Shown here in pieces: positions 18,642 through 29,641 of a stretch of 64,000 nucleotides of DNA (position 1 is its first letter; each line of letters opens with the position of its first letter). Under the pieces are notes generated by a model. That model was not told the DNA's origin and did no database searches. It was given only the letters and a program-made list of their open reading frames with translations. The DNA comes from Nitrospirota bacterium. Lineage in GTDB: Bacteria > Nitrospirota > UBA9217. The stretch is from NCBI GenBank assembly GCA_963663225.1, contig OY760142.1, positions 896,001 through 960,000 on the forward strand, given 5' to 3'. A program made the translations under genes and the position numbers.

Positions 18642-19796
18642 ATGACGCTTGATAAAACCATATTCGGGCTCCGCTTCGGATCGAGTGAAGATATAGCCCC
18701 AACACGGGGCGACCTCGATGCGTTTCTTGGCAGCCGGAAGGATGAGCGAAGCCCGGCTCTGCACAAAGACGACCTGACCGCATATCAGGAGATGCTCGAA
18801 CGCATCACCGGATACGAGGGGCGCCAGCTGCACGCGATCGGGAGGCAGGACTTCCGCGAATTGATTTTTTACGGTGCCGTCCGGCATTCCTGTTTTTTCA
18901 GCGCGTCCCTTAAGCTTGCAATTGAGCAATACAAATACCATGTGCACGCGTACTCTCTGATCGACCTCAGAAAACCCTCAGCTTTTATCCAATCGGCTGA
19001 AGTAGAGATGGCAAACCTTAACCCGCACAGAAAAGAAGACTCAGCCAGGCTGGCACGGCTGCAGGAAATGGTTGATGAACGAAAAGAGAACCTCTCCGCC
19101 CTCAGGAGGAACCGCGGTTTAATTTCAGAAGAACTCACCGGTATTCTGCGATACATCGCGGATAATCTGGAGAAAATTAAAATTCTTTCCGACGCATCTA
19201 TTGCAGTTCTGGCCGAAATCCGGGCATCGGGAACCGAAACAAACCTGCTGGTTGCCGACATCAAAAACCACTTCAAAGAGCAGCTCAAGGACGAACTGCG
19301 CAATGGTCCGATCACCAGGGAGCACCTTGACGCGGTGAAGCAGGACGTCGATGCGCTCACAAAAGAAATTAAGACACTTGTCGACGAGGACCTTGCCTCG
19401 CTGACGCGCCTGTATACGGCAATTTACAGCCATGCCTCAAAGTTTGCAGACGAATTGGTTGCTCTTATGGACATCATTGCAGCAGTACCGGAGAAAAACT
19501 TCGAAGAAGAAAAAAACCTTTTCACTCGTGCAGAGCAACTGCTGGTCGCGCTTATTTCCGACTACCAGTTTCCTGTGAAGGCCGCGGTGATCCCTCCTGA
19601 CACTTCTTATAGCGACATGCTCGCTGAAAAGCGGAAAGAAATGATTGCGCGGATATTTGAACGCCTGCACAAAGACCGGAGGTCACGCCATGAGCGCAGA
19701 TCCGGCGGCGACCGGAGGATTCTGGACGACCCCGAACTCAAAGTGCCAAGCCGCAGGAACGGCAAAGACCGAAGGCTCGAACAGCGGCGCGACTGA
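18642..19796 (+). CDS. Helical hypothetical protein with C-terminal Arg-rich (D/E)RR repeats
   Basis: GGAG RBS; coiled-coil composition; tail DRRSRHERRSGGDRR...SRRNGKDRR. Confidence 0.8.
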   Translation: MTLDKTIFGLRFGSSEDIAPTRGDLDAFLGSRKDERSPALHKDDLTAYQEMLERITGYEGRQLHAIGRQDFRELIFYGAVRHSCFFSASLKLAIEQYKYHVHAYSLIDLRKPSAFIQSAEVEMANLNPHRKEDSARLARLQEMVDERKENLSALRRNRGLISEELTGILRYIADNLEKIKILSDASIAVLAEIRASGTETNLLVADIKNHFKEQLKDELRNGPITREHLDAVKQDVDALTKEIKTLVDEDLASLTRLYTAIYSHASKFADELVALMDIIAAVPEKNFEEEKNLFTRAEQLLVALISDYQFPVKAAVIPPDTSYSDMLAEKRKEMIARIFERLHKDRRSRHERRSGGDRRILDDPELKVPSRRNGKDRRLEQRRD

Positions 19797-19828
19797 ACCT
19801 CGAATCTCCCGAATAAAGCGCGCATTTT

Positions 19829-20527
19829 TTACGGGATCATCCCGCCGTCTTTAAAACTGAAGTGATCGGCGTCGCCGATGATGATGTGATCGAGCACGCG
19901 GATTCCGAGCACTTCTCCGGCCTGAACCAGCCGTTTGGTCAGCAACACATCTTCCTGGCTCGGTTTCACATCGCAGCTCGGATGGTTATGTATGAATATG
20001 ACCGCCGCAGCTGATTCACGGATGGCTGATTTAAAACTGTCCCGGGGGTGGACGATCGCCGCGGAAAGACTGCCTATGGAAATAACTTCTTCACGGATAA
20101 TTTTATTCTTTGTGTCGAGCAGCACACACCGAAACGTTTCCTGTTTTAAATCCTTCATTCTCGGCCGATAGTAAACCACCACGTCCGCGCTGGAACAAAA
20201 CGACGCGCCAGCAAGACTCGGCTTCTGGTACCTTCTGCCGAGCTCTATCGCAGCCTTGATCTCGGCCGCCTTGGCAGGCCCGATTCCTTTCACCCCGCAG
20301 ATTTCCTTGATCGCCGCCTGCTGCACGCCGGCGAGACTTCCAAATGTCTCCAAAAGGTCGCGCCCCACGTCCACGGCAGTGCGTCCTGACCGGCCATTCC
20401 GTATGATGATCGCAAGCAGTTGCGCATCAGACAGGGCGCCGGGGCCGTGCATCATGAGCCGTTCCCGCGGCCGTTCCTCTTCCGGCCAATGTTTTACGCT
20501 GTTTTTTTGCTTCATGCCGTGCGTCAT
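19829..20527 (-). CDS. radC: RadC/JAB-domain protein
   Basis: ERPRERL...LSDAQLLAI, HhH GIGPAKA, HNHPS..PSQED, VLDHII. Confidence 0.95.
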   Translation of the reverse strand: MTHGMKQKNSVKHWPEEERPRERLMMHGPGALSDAQLLAIIIRNGRSGRTAVDVGRDLLETFGSLAGVQQAAIKEICGVKGIGPAKAAEIKAAIELGRRYQKPSLAGASFCSSADVVVYYRPRMKDLKQETFRCVLLDTKNKIIREEVISIGSLSAAIVHPRDSFKSAIRESAAAVIFIHNHPSCDVKPSQEDVLLTKRLVQAGEVLGIRVLDHIIIGDADHFSFKDGGMIP

Positions 20528-20626
20528 TGTATATTTCCCTCACGCAGCCTACACGTACCAATATCTATTTGTAAATGTATAACATGGCATCCTTTTTTTG
20601 TCAATCTCTTTGCGCCCCGTTATATT

Positions 20627-23600
20627 TTATTTTTCCTGCCACCGGGACGGGAATATCATGCGAAAACTCGTTCCTTTGCCCTGTTCGCTTATCAGTTTTA
20701 TTTCTCCCAGGTGTTCCGATACGACCTGTTTGATCATCGGCAAACCCATCCCGTATCGGTGCGTTTTTGTGCTGTAAAATGGATCAAATATTTTTTCTAC
20801 CTCCTGCTCGGGAATGCCGCTTCCCGTGTCCGTGATCGTGACCGTTACCGTTTCGTTTTCAGCATCCGTTTCGACAATGACCGTTCCTCCGGGCTGCGTT
20901 GCCTCCATGGCATTTCTCAATGCATGCTGGATCGCGACCTGCAAAAAATTCTTCTGCATGTTTATCTTCAACGGACGGTCTGAAAGTCGCCACCGAAGCT
21001 TTACGTTTTTTGTCTTGCTTTCCTTTTCAACGAGGGAAGCAATGTTTCTGATAAGAACATTGATGTCCTCGTATTCGAACACAGACTTTCTGCTTTTGAG
21101 GAGGTCATGAAATCCCTTTACCAGGGACTCCAGCTTGTTCGACTCTTCCAGGATAAGATCGGCATATTTACGCTGTTCTTCCGGCAGTTTTTGCGCCAGA
21201 ATTTTTTTACAGGCCAGCCCGATCACCGTGGCGGGATTTCTGACCCGGTCGGCAACGGTGAGCGCCATGAGGTTCATCGAACGCTCTGCGACAAGGGTCT
21301 CCCTTTCCTTGTTAAAATCCTCCAGTTTGGTTTTGTATTCTTTTTCGACCTGCAGCAGCTTCCGATACCGGACCGCTTTGTCCAGGGAGCGCAGCAGCTG
21401 CTCAGGATCATACGGTTTCATGATAAAATCATAGGCCCGTTTCTTCACAGACTCCACTGCTTTGCCCAGATCGGCAAACGCCGTCACCACGATCACCGGC
21501 ATGTCCGGATCTCTGTCGTGCACCGCTTCGAGCAATTCGAGTCCGGATATTCCCGGCATGACGATGTCCGTCAATACGACGTCGGCCACGCTGTTCCTGA
21601 GTGCGTTCACAGCATCCTGGGCATTGCTGCAGGCATGGATTGCATACCCGTTCTCTTTCAGCAGGAATGATACATACTCCAGCAGCTGGGGATCATCTTC
21701 CACAACAACAATGGACCCCTCGTACCGCCCAACTGTCTTCGTTCCTTCCGGCTCATGTTCGGCGCTCGGCGGTGCTTTGGTAACCGCTGACGGTTTTTCC
21801 TCGGTCATTTTTCCAGCATATGTTCGCTTTCTGTCGATGATCTCTCGCACCTTTTTCAGGAGCTCCTGAGGCGTCGCGGGCTTAGTGATAAAATCCTGCC
21901 CTTTCTGAAGAACACCCTGTTCGAAAATTTCATGTTCAGAGTATCCGCTCATAAACAAGACTCCGGTATTTGTTTTTTCCGACGAAATCCGGGAAAAGAC
22001 TTCCTTTCCGCTTTTTTTCGGCATTATGACATCCAGCAGAACAAGTTGGATAACGTCCTTGTTTTCGATGAAAATCCTGACGGCATCTTCTCCATCTGCC
22101 GCCTCCAGCACCGTATATCCTGCTTCCGAGAGTATGGTCTTGTTTAAATTTCTTACGCCTGCGTCGTCCTCGGCCAGCAGAAGTGTTTCATTGCCCCCTC
22201 TTGCCTCCGGCAGCTCTTGCGGCCGGTTTTTTTCCACTGTTGCTTCTATCATCGGAAAGTATATTCTGAATGTCGTGCCCATTCCCGGTTCGCTGTAGAC
22301 GGTGATTTCTCCATTGTGCTGTTTTATAATCCCGTACACGATGGAAAGTCCGAGGCCCGTCCCCTTCCCGGTCTCCTTGGTGGTGAAAAAAGGTTCAAAT
22401 ATTTTTTCTTTTGTTTTTTCATCCATGCCTGTTCCGGTGTCGGTTACTGAAATGCTCGCATATTTTCCCTGTTTTGCGAGCACACGCCGTTTTCCGGACT
22501 CGTCGCTTATTTCGACCGGTTTTGTTTCTATGGTCAGCGTTCCGCCCTGAGGCATCGCGTCCCTCGCATTCGTGACGAGATTGATCAATACCTGTTCAAT
22601 CTGGCCGCTGTCCGCCTTGATCGTCATGTTTTCATCTGCAAGAATGGTTTTCAGTTTAATGTCTTCCCTGATAAGCTGGGTAAACATGGCCTCGATATTT
22701 GTTATTATTTCGTTGACCTGCACCGGGACCGGATGAATCGCCTGTTTTCTGCTGAACGCAAGAAGATTCTGGGTTATGTTTTTCGCGCGGGAGGACGCGG
22801 TCAGGACCTGATCCACATAGGACCGCATAAGGGCGTCTTCCCTGATCTTCATTTTCAGAAGCGTTGCGTATCCGATGATGGCTGTGAGGATATTGTTGAA
22901 ATCGTGCGCTATCCCGCCCGAAAGCTGCCCGATGGCTTCCATCTTCTGCGCCTGCAGGAGCTGTCCCTCCAGGCGTCTCTGGTTCGTGACGTCGCGAATG
23001 ATCCCGCGGTATGCGGTAATGCTTCCGCCTCCATCGCGGACCGCGTTCGCAGTAACAAGAACAGTCAGCTTCTCCCCGTCTTTTCGCTTGAACTGCGCTT
23101 CATAATCCTTCACGAATCCATGCTGCTCCAAATCGGACTGGAACTTTTCGCGCTCCTCCGGGTTCAAGTAGATATCGCGCGATATATCCAGCTTGAGAAC
23201 TTCCTCTTTTGAGGAATATCCGTACAACTCAACCCCTGCATGGTTGATATCAATATACTTTCCTTCGGGCGTACTGAAGAAAACCACGTCCTTTGACTCT
23301 TCAAAGAGCTCCCTGAATTTTTTTTCTGACGACTTCAATGCCTCTTCCGCCTGCTTCTGTTCCGTGACATCCTCACAGACAATGAGCACCACCGCCCTGC
23401 CTTCGGCGTCCCGCACGGCCCGCGCGGCCTCCCGCGCCCACAGCATTTTGCCGTTTTTACATACTTTTCTGAATTCCCAATGCGCCACATCGCCGAATCT
23501 CTGCAAGCAGTCTTCAAGCTGCCGCTTTACGCCAGCCTGGTCGTCCGCATGGTAACTGATAAAAACCGGCTGTCCAATCAGCTCTTCCATACGATACCCC

Positions 23601-24829
23601 AGCTGCTCGGCGCCGAATGAATTGACCGAAAGCACGATGCCATTCTCATCCACCGTAAAATACATGGAAGGGTTGTCAAGATACAGGGCCCGGAAACGTT
23701 CTTCACTTTTTCGCAGCGTGTCGATCATCTGTCTGATTTTATCAGTCATAAAATTGAAGTTCACCGCCAAAGCGCCGATTTCGTCCCTGCGCTTCACCTC
23801 CGCAGCAAGCTCCAGATGTCCTGACGCAATCCTTGAGGCCGTATCAGCCAAATCACCCAGCGGAGCGGCAATGCTGCGGGTGACCGCCAGCGAAGCGAAC
23901 ACGGCAATCAAAAGAGCGGACAGGGCCACGCTCGCGTTCACTGCGAACAGTACGCGCCGGACATGGGAATACTCGGCCTGCTCCTGTTCGGCCACCAAAA
24001 CCGCACCAAGTTCAGGCAGCCAGCGGTATGCCCCATAAACCGGAATGCCGCGAAAATCAAGGTAAGCTTTGGTCAGCTTTTTCTGGTGTTCCAATGCTGC
24101 CTGGATGCCTTCACTCCGGACGGTAGTGCCCGGTTCTGTGTCGCCCAGCTTCGTCAGCAGAATATTGTCTCCATTTACCAGGTAGGTCTTGCCGGTTTTT
24201 CCCAGACCAGCTGTATTCTCCATCATTTTCGTCAGGACCGCCCGACGGACCACTCCTGCCAATACTCCTGCTGCCTGTCCGTCCCTGCCGGGAACAGGAC
24301 GCGACACGATTATTGCCATATGGAATGCCGTCGTCGGGCAGATGGCTGGTTCTTTTTTCCCCAGCTGAAAGAAACCGCTGTTCGCATGGCTCCGGCCTTC
24401 CAGGTCGGTATCCGTGGACACAAGCACCCGTCCGTGCCTGTTCATTAGAAATACGACCTCGAACAATTGTGAGGTTGTTATCAACTGCCTGAGCCGCCCC
24501 TCGAAAGCATCATGGGCGCTCTTGAATTCCCCGGCATCACCTGCTTTTTGTACAAGCGCATCCACTATGCGGCCGGTGTTCTCTCCGATAAGAGCGTTTC
24601 CGAGCTCATTTTTGACCGTTGCCGCCCAGGTATTGACGGCATATTCTTTAAAAGCGACGGCCGTGTCGAGTTGAGTCGCTAATTGCAGGTGCGCGCCTTC
24701 TGAGCCGGAAATGGCTTGAACTGCGCTGATGATGGCCATGGGAAGGAGGACGATCAGGATAAATGCAAGGGTAAGCCGTGTGCGAATGGAGTCAAAACGG
24801 GAAGTGGTTTTTGTTTTCGGCTCAACCAT
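20627..24829 (-). CDS. Hybrid sensor kinase: TM-Cache-TM-HAMP-PAS-PAS-HisKA-HATPase-REC-REC-(degenerate HisKA)-HATPase
   Basis: GIAHDFNN H-box, NARDA/DTGTG/PFFTTK/GTGLG boxes, two receivers (LLDVIMP, LTDIVMP), and a second kinase with ADRVRNP and NAMEA/DTGSG/PFYSTK/GMGL. Confidence 0.92.
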   Translation of the reverse strand: MVEPKTKTTSRFDSIRTRLTLAFILIVLLPMAIISAVQAISGSEGAHLQLATQLDTAVAFKEYAVNTWAATVKNELGNALIGENTGRIVDALVQKAGDAGEFKSAHDAFEGRLRQLITTSQLFEVVFLMNRHGRVLVSTDTDLEGRSHANSGFFQLGKKEPAICPTTAFHMAIIVSRPVPGRDGQAAGVLAGVVRRAVLTKMMENTAGLGKTGKTYLVNGDNILLTKLGDTEPGTTVRSEGIQAALEHQKKLTKAYLDFRGIPVYGAYRWLPELGAVLVAEQEQAEYSHVRRVLFAVNASVALSALLIAVFASLAVTRSIAAPLGDLADTASRIASGHLELAAEVKRRDEIGALAVNFNFMTDKIRQMIDTLRKSEERFRALYLDNPSMYFTVDENGIVLSVNSFGAEQLGYRMEELIGQPVFISYHADDQAGVKRQLEDCLQRFGDVAHWEFRKVCKNGKMLWAREAARAVRDAEGRAVVLIVCEDVTEQKQAEEALKSSEKKFRELFEESKDVVFFSTPEGKYIDINHAGVELYGYSSKEEVLKLDISRDIYLNPEEREKFQSDLEQHGFVKDYEAQFKRKDGEKLTVLVTANAVRDGGGSITAYRGIIRDVTNQRRLEGQLLQAQKMEAIGQLSGGIAHDFNNILTAIIGYATLLKMKIREDALMRSYVDQVLTASSRAKNITQNLLAFSRKQAIHPVPVQVNEIITNIEAMFTQLIREDIKLKTILADENMTIKADSGQIEQVLINLVTNARDAMPQGGTLTIETKPVEISDESGKRRVLAKQGKYASISVTDTGTGMDEKTKEKIFEPFFTTKETGKGTGLGLSIVYGIIKQHNGEITVYSEPGMGTTFRIYFPMIEATVEKNRPQELPEARGGNETLLLAEDDAGVRNLNKTILSEAGYTVLEAADGEDAVRIFIENKDVIQLVLLDVIMPKKSGKEVFSRISSEKTNTGVLFMSGYSEHEIFEQGVLQKGQDFITKPATPQELLKKVREIIDRKRTYAGKMTEEKPSAVTKAPPSAEHEPEGTKTVGRYEGSIVVVEDDPQLLEYVSFLLKENGYAIHACSNAQDAVNALRNSVADVVLTDIVMPGISGLELLEAVHDRDPDMPVIVVTAFADLGKAVESVKKRAYDFIMKPYDPEQLLRSLDKAVRYRKLLQVEKEYKTKLEDFNKERETLVAERSMNLMALTVADRVRNPATVIGLACKKILAQKLPEEQRKYADLILEESNKLESLVKGFHDLLKSRKSVFEYEDINVLIRNIASLVEKESKTKNVKLRWRLSDRPLKINMQKNFLQVAIQHALRNAMEATQPGGTVIVETDAENETVTVTITDTGSGIPEQEVEKIFDPFYSTKTHRYGMGLPMIKQVVSEHLGEIKLISEQGKGTSFRMIFPSRWQEK

Positions 24830-24877
24830 GGTTGTCTCTCTACTATATTTCCCGCCGGCTGCTCTTGCTTTTTCTCT

Positions 24878-26419
24878 TCAGAACCGCACCAGCGGTGAAC
24901 CGGTCAGTTGTACAACAACAAAGTTGATAAAAAAGAAACCAAAAAACATAACGTTCGCGCCCAGCACCAGATATGACCACCACGTTATCCTGGCTGGCTT
25001 GGGCAATTGCCGGTTGAGGTAGATCATGATCAGGGGGAAAATTATAGAAGCCAGATTCGTCAGATTGGCGGACAGAACGATCAAATCCACCGGCAGCGCG
25101 AGGTGGACCATGACCCCGATGATAATAACCACCACAAACATCCATGGATAATAAAACCGGCGAGCATCGTGGCCGATCCATTCGCGGAAGCGGGGACTGG
25201 TCCCGTACACTGCATCGGTGACATTGCGCGTCAGCACTTCAAGAATCACAATCTGTGTTTTGTAAAGAATGAAGAAGCCCATGAGCAGCGCCCACCCGAA
25301 CAGAACAGGGCCGTATCGCTCACCCAGTTGAAACGCCGCATATACCAGAATGGAAGTCCGCTCGGGATGAGCTGCCCCCTCCAAACTCGACAGATAACCC
25401 ACAAGGACGCAGGGAGCCACCATGCCGATCATGCATCCCGGGAAAAAAACTCCCCATTGATCAATCAGCAGATATCGGAACCAGCGCTTCCAGATCCGTG
25501 CGTTCGCCGCATTCTCCCGGAATATTTTACCCACCGGCAGAATACGTGCTTTTTCCCCGCCGATAAGCCCGGGAATATAACCGGTCTTGTGCCCCATGCC
25601 ATAGCCCTTGTCACGGTAGTAGCCGATGCACATGAAATTCAACCCAGCGATAAGGCCTGCAAAACCTGCCAACGCTCCCAGAAGTGATGGATCGGTTCCT
25701 CGGGGAGGCGCAGCCGGAGCAACAAGCGAAACCAGCGCCTGGCCCCAGTACTCAAGAGGGACAACCGCAATGGTCACCAGAACAAGGCTGATCAGGATGA
25801 ACGTCAGGAAGATGGCAAGACAGATTTCCAGTGTTCTCTCGATATTGCGGCCGAACAGCACAAACAGGAACGTAGTGACCAACAGGAATGTCCCCAGAAC
25901 CCGCACTATTTCTAGTTCCTGCGGCAGGTTTGCTCTGCCCATGAAAAGCGCAAAGAGACTGCTGCCTGCACTGACTGCCCAGCCGCCCAACATCAACGCA
26001 AAACTGAAGCAAAATACCGTCAACGGAACCCAGAACAGGTAGCCTGGTGGAGTGCGGCCAAATGCCACGATCGGAGGTTCTCCCGTTGCAATGGTGAAGC
26101 GCGCCAGCTCCACGTTGTAGAATGTCTGCAGGACGACTGATAAGAGAATGACCCAGCCGATGCCCCTAAATCCGTATTGTCCTACGGCAAGAGGTCCCAG
26201 CATCCATTCTCCGCTGCCGACAGCCAGCCCCAAAGCTATCACGCCCGGTCCCAGAACGATAAAAATCAGCTCCATAACACCGACACGCTTTACATTAAAA
26301 ACCTCTTCGGGCGCGGGTAAATCCTCAATTTCAAGGGATGGACGACTTACTCCAATCTGACAGCTGATTGCCTCCGCACTATCTTCTCCTCTGCTGTTTG
26401 CGACAGTCTGCTCTGACAA
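24878..26419 (-). CDS. Nramp-like (YcsG/MntH-related) membrane transporter
   Basis: LGPGVI..GLAVGSGEW, NVELARFTIATGE, about 11 TM segments. TTG start at 26419 after AGGGGTG (ATG 26449 is an alternative). Confidence 0.82.
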   Translation of the reverse strand: MSEQTVANSRGEDSAEAISCQIGVSRPSLEIEDLPAPEEVFNVKRVGVMELIFIVLGPGVIALGLAVGSGEWMLGPLAVGQYGFRGIGWVILLSVVLQTFYNVELARFTIATGEPPIVAFGRTPPGYLFWVPLTVFCFSFALMLGGWAVSAGSSLFALFMGRANLPQELEIVRVLGTFLLVTTFLFVLFGRNIERTLEICLAIFLTFILISLVLVTIAVVPLEYWGQALVSLVAPAAPPRGTDPSLLGALAGFAGLIAGLNFMCIGYYRDKGYGMGHKTGYIPGLIGGEKARILPVGKIFRENAANARIWKRWFRYLLIDQWGVFFPGCMIGMVAPCVLVGYLSSLEGAAHPERTSILVYAAFQLGERYGPVLFGWALLMGFFILYKTQIVILEVLTRNVTDAVYGTSPRFREWIGHDARRFYYPWMFVVVIIIGVMVHLALPVDLIVLSANLTNLASIIFPLIMIYLNRQLPKPARITWWSYLVLGANVMFFGFFFINFVVVQLTGSPLVRF

Positions 26420-26681
26420 GCTTTCACCCCTTTCTTCCCGGGATGCCATCCAGGCAATTTACGCAGAACGCTTTGAGAGAATTTCATATCGGCCTGCTGC
26501 CGGTCTTTTTTCAGGATGGCGGCAAGACCGATTTCGTATTCATACTTTGGATATAAGAGACAGGAACGCCCTGTTTGTAATGGCTCGATAATTTAATGAT
26601 ATCACATGCAGAGTTGAAAAAAAGGAGTGTCGGTTATCCGAAAAATCGGTGTTGGCTGTTTTGTTGAAATATACGGATGGC

Positions 26682-26709
26682 AATAAAACGGCGGGCCCGA
26701 AGGCCCGCC
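26682..26709 (-). terminator. Terminator of hcp
   Basis: Minus strand GGCGGGCC-TTCG-GGCCCGCC-GTTTTATT (cUUCGg tetraloop). Confidence 0.85.
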
Positions 26710-26719
26710 TGAATGGGGA

Positions 26720-28339
26720 TCAGCCGAGGATTGCTTTGAGATCCTGGTCCGGTGTAGTGATGGGTTGGATGTTGAAATTCTTCACCAGAACATCGAGGAC
26801 ATTGGGTGTGATGAAGGCCGGCAGAGAAGGTCCGAGCCGGATGTTCTTGATGCCGAGGTGCAGAAGCGTGAGAAGTATTGCAACCGCCTTCTGTTCATAC
26901 CAGGAAAGAACGAGAGACAGCGGCAGCTCGTTTACGCCCACATTGAATGCTTTCGCGAGCGCCACCGCGATCTGGACGGCTGAATACGCGTCATTGCATT
27001 GCCCCACGTCCAGAAGCCTCGGTATCCCGCCGATGTCGCCAAGCTCCTTGTCGAAGAACCGGAATTTTCCGCAGGCAAGCGTGAGCACCACGCAGTCTTT
27101 CGGCACCTTCTCTACAAATTCAGTGTAGTAATTGCGTCCCGGCTTTGCGCCATCGCAACCGCCGACGAGGAAAAAATGGCGGAGTTGCTTGTTCTTCACG
27201 GCCTCGATAACCTTGCCCGCGACGCTCATGACCGTGTTTCTGCCGAAGCCGACCGTGACCGTCTTGCCCGGAACATCCGCCGGAAAACCGGGCAGCGCAA
27301 GAGCTTTGTCAATGGCTGGTTTGAAATTGCCGTCTCCGATGTGCGCTACTCCCGGCCAGCCGACCAGGCCCGCAGTAAAAATCCTGTCCTTGTAGGAATC
27401 CTGCGGCCTCTGAAGGCAGTTGGTCGTCATTACAATGGCCCCTGGAAAATCGCTGAACTCCTTATGCTGGTTCTGCCACGCAGTGCCCCAATGTCCGTAG
27501 AAGTGCGCGTACTGTTTGAGCTTTGGATACGCATGGGTCGGCAGCATCTCTCCATGCGTGTAAACATATACGCCTTTTCCTTCACTCTGCTTCAGGATTG
27601 CCTCAAGGTCTTTCAGGTCATGCCCCGACACGAGCAGCGCTTTTCCTTTCTTGGGGCCGAGCGGCACCGCAGTCGGGACCGGATGGCCGTAGGTATTCGT
27701 ATTGCCGGCATCAAGAAGTTCCATGGTGCGAAGATTGATCTCGCCGCATTTCAGGACGAGCCCCACCCAGTCGTTCAGGCCGAGGGACTTGTTCAGCGTG
27801 GCCACCAGGGCCTCCTGCACGAAGGCGTAGACCTTGTCGTCCTGCTGTCCCAGGATCTGGGCATGGTCTGCATAGGCCGCTACGCCTTTGATGCCGTACA
27901 TCAGCGTGTCCTGCAGAGACTGTATGTCCGCATTGATCGAGGTGTCGGATTTCACACCGACGCTTTCACCCTGTTTGACTTGTTCCGCCTTTGTTTTGGC
28001 AAACGTGAACGCAGCCGGACCTTCATTGATGGCGATTCCGGCTTTTTTCTTCAACTGTTCCTGCAACGTAACGCACGTATTGATGAGAGCAACAAAACGG
28101 TCCGCGTCAAAATCCACGTTCGTCAGGGTGGAGAAAAGCGCCTTGACGGTGAATGCGTTCACTTCATTGTCCACAATCCCTTTTTTTCTTGCCTCGACGG
28201 CATATTGCGAAAGGCCCTTCAGGGCATGCACCAGAAGGTCCTGCAATGCTGCCACGTCCGGCTGTTTACCGCACACACCGATCTTGGTACACCCGGTCCC
28301 CTGCGCTGTCTGCTCGCACTGATAACAAAACATATCCAT
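26720..28339 (-). CDS. hcp: Hybrid cluster protein (hydroxylamine/NO reductase)
   Basis: MFCYQCEQT..GCT..GVCGK, SGHDL, THGEMLP, GGCDG, LACGK, DVGQCND, SWYEQKA; AAGGAGG RBS. Confidence 0.97.
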   Translation of the reverse strand: MDMFCYQCEQTAQGTGCTKIGVCGKQPDVAALQDLLVHALKGLSQYAVEARKKGIVDNEVNAFTVKALFSTLTNVDFDADRFVALINTCVTLQEQLKKKAGIAINEGPAAFTFAKTKAEQVKQGESVGVKSDTSINADIQSLQDTLMYGIKGVAAYADHAQILGQQDDKVYAFVQEALVATLNKSLGLNDWVGLVLKCGEINLRTMELLDAGNTNTYGHPVPTAVPLGPKKGKALLVSGHDLKDLEAILKQSEGKGVYVYTHGEMLPTHAYPKLKQYAHFYGHWGTAWQNQHKEFSDFPGAIVMTTNCLQRPQDSYKDRIFTAGLVGWPGVAHIGDGNFKPAIDKALALPGFPADVPGKTVTVGFGRNTVMSVAGKVIEAVKNKQLRHFFLVGGCDGAKPGRNYYTEFVEKVPKDCVVLTLACGKFRFFDKELGDIGGIPRLLDVGQCNDAYSAVQIAVALAKAFNVGVNELPLSLVLSWYEQKAVAILLTLLHLGIKNIRLGPSLPAFITPNVLDVLVKNFNIQPITTPDQDLKAILG

Positions 28340-28403
28340 AATCCTCCTTGTGAAGTTGATTACCTTGTTGAATAAAGTATACACACTAAAAAGAAATAAT
28401 GCG

Positions 28404-28419
28404 TATGATATAGGTCATA
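28404..28419. promoter_or_regulatory. CRP/FNR-family (HcpR-like) operator upstream of hcp
   Basis: TATGA-tatagg-TCATA palindrome (TGA-N6-TCA), centred about 42 bp upstream of the start inferred from TATACT (28376-28381, minus strand). Confidence 0.6.
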
Positions 28420-28551
28420 TCGTGATTTTTTTTATTTATTGCAACACAATCGAGGTGTTTGACAAAAACATCTGCTCTTAAAAAAAGTTCCCAAATTTTA
28501 TTGTTTTCTGATATAATTCTTTCGTCTTAATTTCCTATACAGAGGTTTGAA

Positions 28552-29496
28552 TTGAAACAATTTTTATCCGCCTTCTTCCTTGCAGCGTTCATAGTACTCC
28601 ATGGACAATCGGTTTTTGCTTTGCCGGAAAAAGATTTTCCCGCAAAAGCATGCATTCTGATCAATGACCGCGGCCAGGTCCTGTATGAAAAAAATCCTTA
28701 CGCGAAACTTCCTCCGGCCAGCACCGTAAAACTGGTGACCGCCATGGTGGCCCTCGATTATCTGCAACCATCTCTGGCGGTGAAGGTGACCAGGACGGCT
28801 GCTTCCGCGCCGTCCATCAAACCAAGGCTGAGACCCGGTGATGAACTGACGGTTTCCGATCTCCTTCATCTGGCGCTTATGAAATCAATCAATTCCGCTG
28901 CTGTTGCATTAGCGGAAGCGACGTGCGGCTCGGAAGATAAATTCGTGTTATTGATGAACCAAAAAGCAAAGGAAATAGGCGCTGATGATACGTATTTCGT
29001 GACGGCTTCAGGCCTGCCGAAAGGCAAGCAATTTACAACGGCGCGTGATCTCACGATCATACTGAAAAAAGCGCTCACATACCCTCTGATAAAAGAAATT
29101 ATCGGGAAAAAGGAATATCTGGTAACAGCTTCCTCAGGAAGACAATTGTTCCTTGAAAACACGGATGACCTGTTGTGGCTCAGAAGCAATATGATCGGAG
29201 GCAAAACGGGTTTTACCCGGAAAGCACGACATTGCTTTGTGGGGGCCATAGACACGGGCAACGGGCTTATTTATACCGCCGTGCTCGGGGCCACCTCACG
29301 CAGCCGTTTGTGGGAATGCACCACAATGCTTACTGATTTCGGATCGACGTACCGGCCGTTCGTCCCGATCGAAGAACTCCAGGCCTCGTCACGAAATCAG
29401 GACGGGAACCGGTCACTTGTTCCTTTTCCGGACCAGCCGTATGGAGCATTTCTTCACCCATTCTTCAGTGTTCCCATAAGACCTCTCATCCAGTAG
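28552..29496 (+). CDS. D-alanyl-D-alanine carboxypeptidase (peptidase S11)
   Basis: Signal peptide; PASTVKL (SxxK), SIN (SxN), GGKTG; TTG start after GAGG. Confidence 0.92.
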   Translation: MKQFLSAFFLAAFIVLHGQSVFALPEKDFPAKACILINDRGQVLYEKNPYAKLPPASTVKLVTAMVALDYLQPSLAVKVTRTAASAPSIKPRLRPGDELTVSDLLHLALMKSINSAAVALAEATCGSEDKFVLLMNQKAKEIGADDTYFVTASGLPKGKQFTTARDLTIILKKALTYPLIKEIIGKKEYLVTASSGRQLFLENTDDLLWLRSNMIGGKTGFTRKARHCFVGAIDTGNGLIYTAVLGATSRSRLWECTTMLTDFGSTYRPFVPIEELQASSRNQDGNRSLVPFPDQPYGAFLHPFFSVPIRPLIQ

Positions 29497-29641
29497 TTCC
29501 GAGATACTCTTACAACCTCTCCCGAGGCTCTCTACCGTCTTGCGCTGCCCTTAAAGTATCTGGCTTCCTTCCTGTCTTGACAAATATTCACCCGGCTCTT
29601 ATAGTTTAGTAATAAAATTATTTCAGAAGGGAACCCTCGTT

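Noticed and set aside
19829-20527. radC as a marker of a mobile element
   Set aside because: It is the full-length chromosomal form (N-terminal + HhH + JAB) with host-like composition and no integrase or transfer genes nearby.
26999-28375. Long antisense ORFs (also 41070-42617, 38150-39415, 60404-61507, 34324-35442, 32059-33009)
   Set aside because: They are shadow frames opposite well-conserved genes, a product of codon bias; they have no motifs or RBS.
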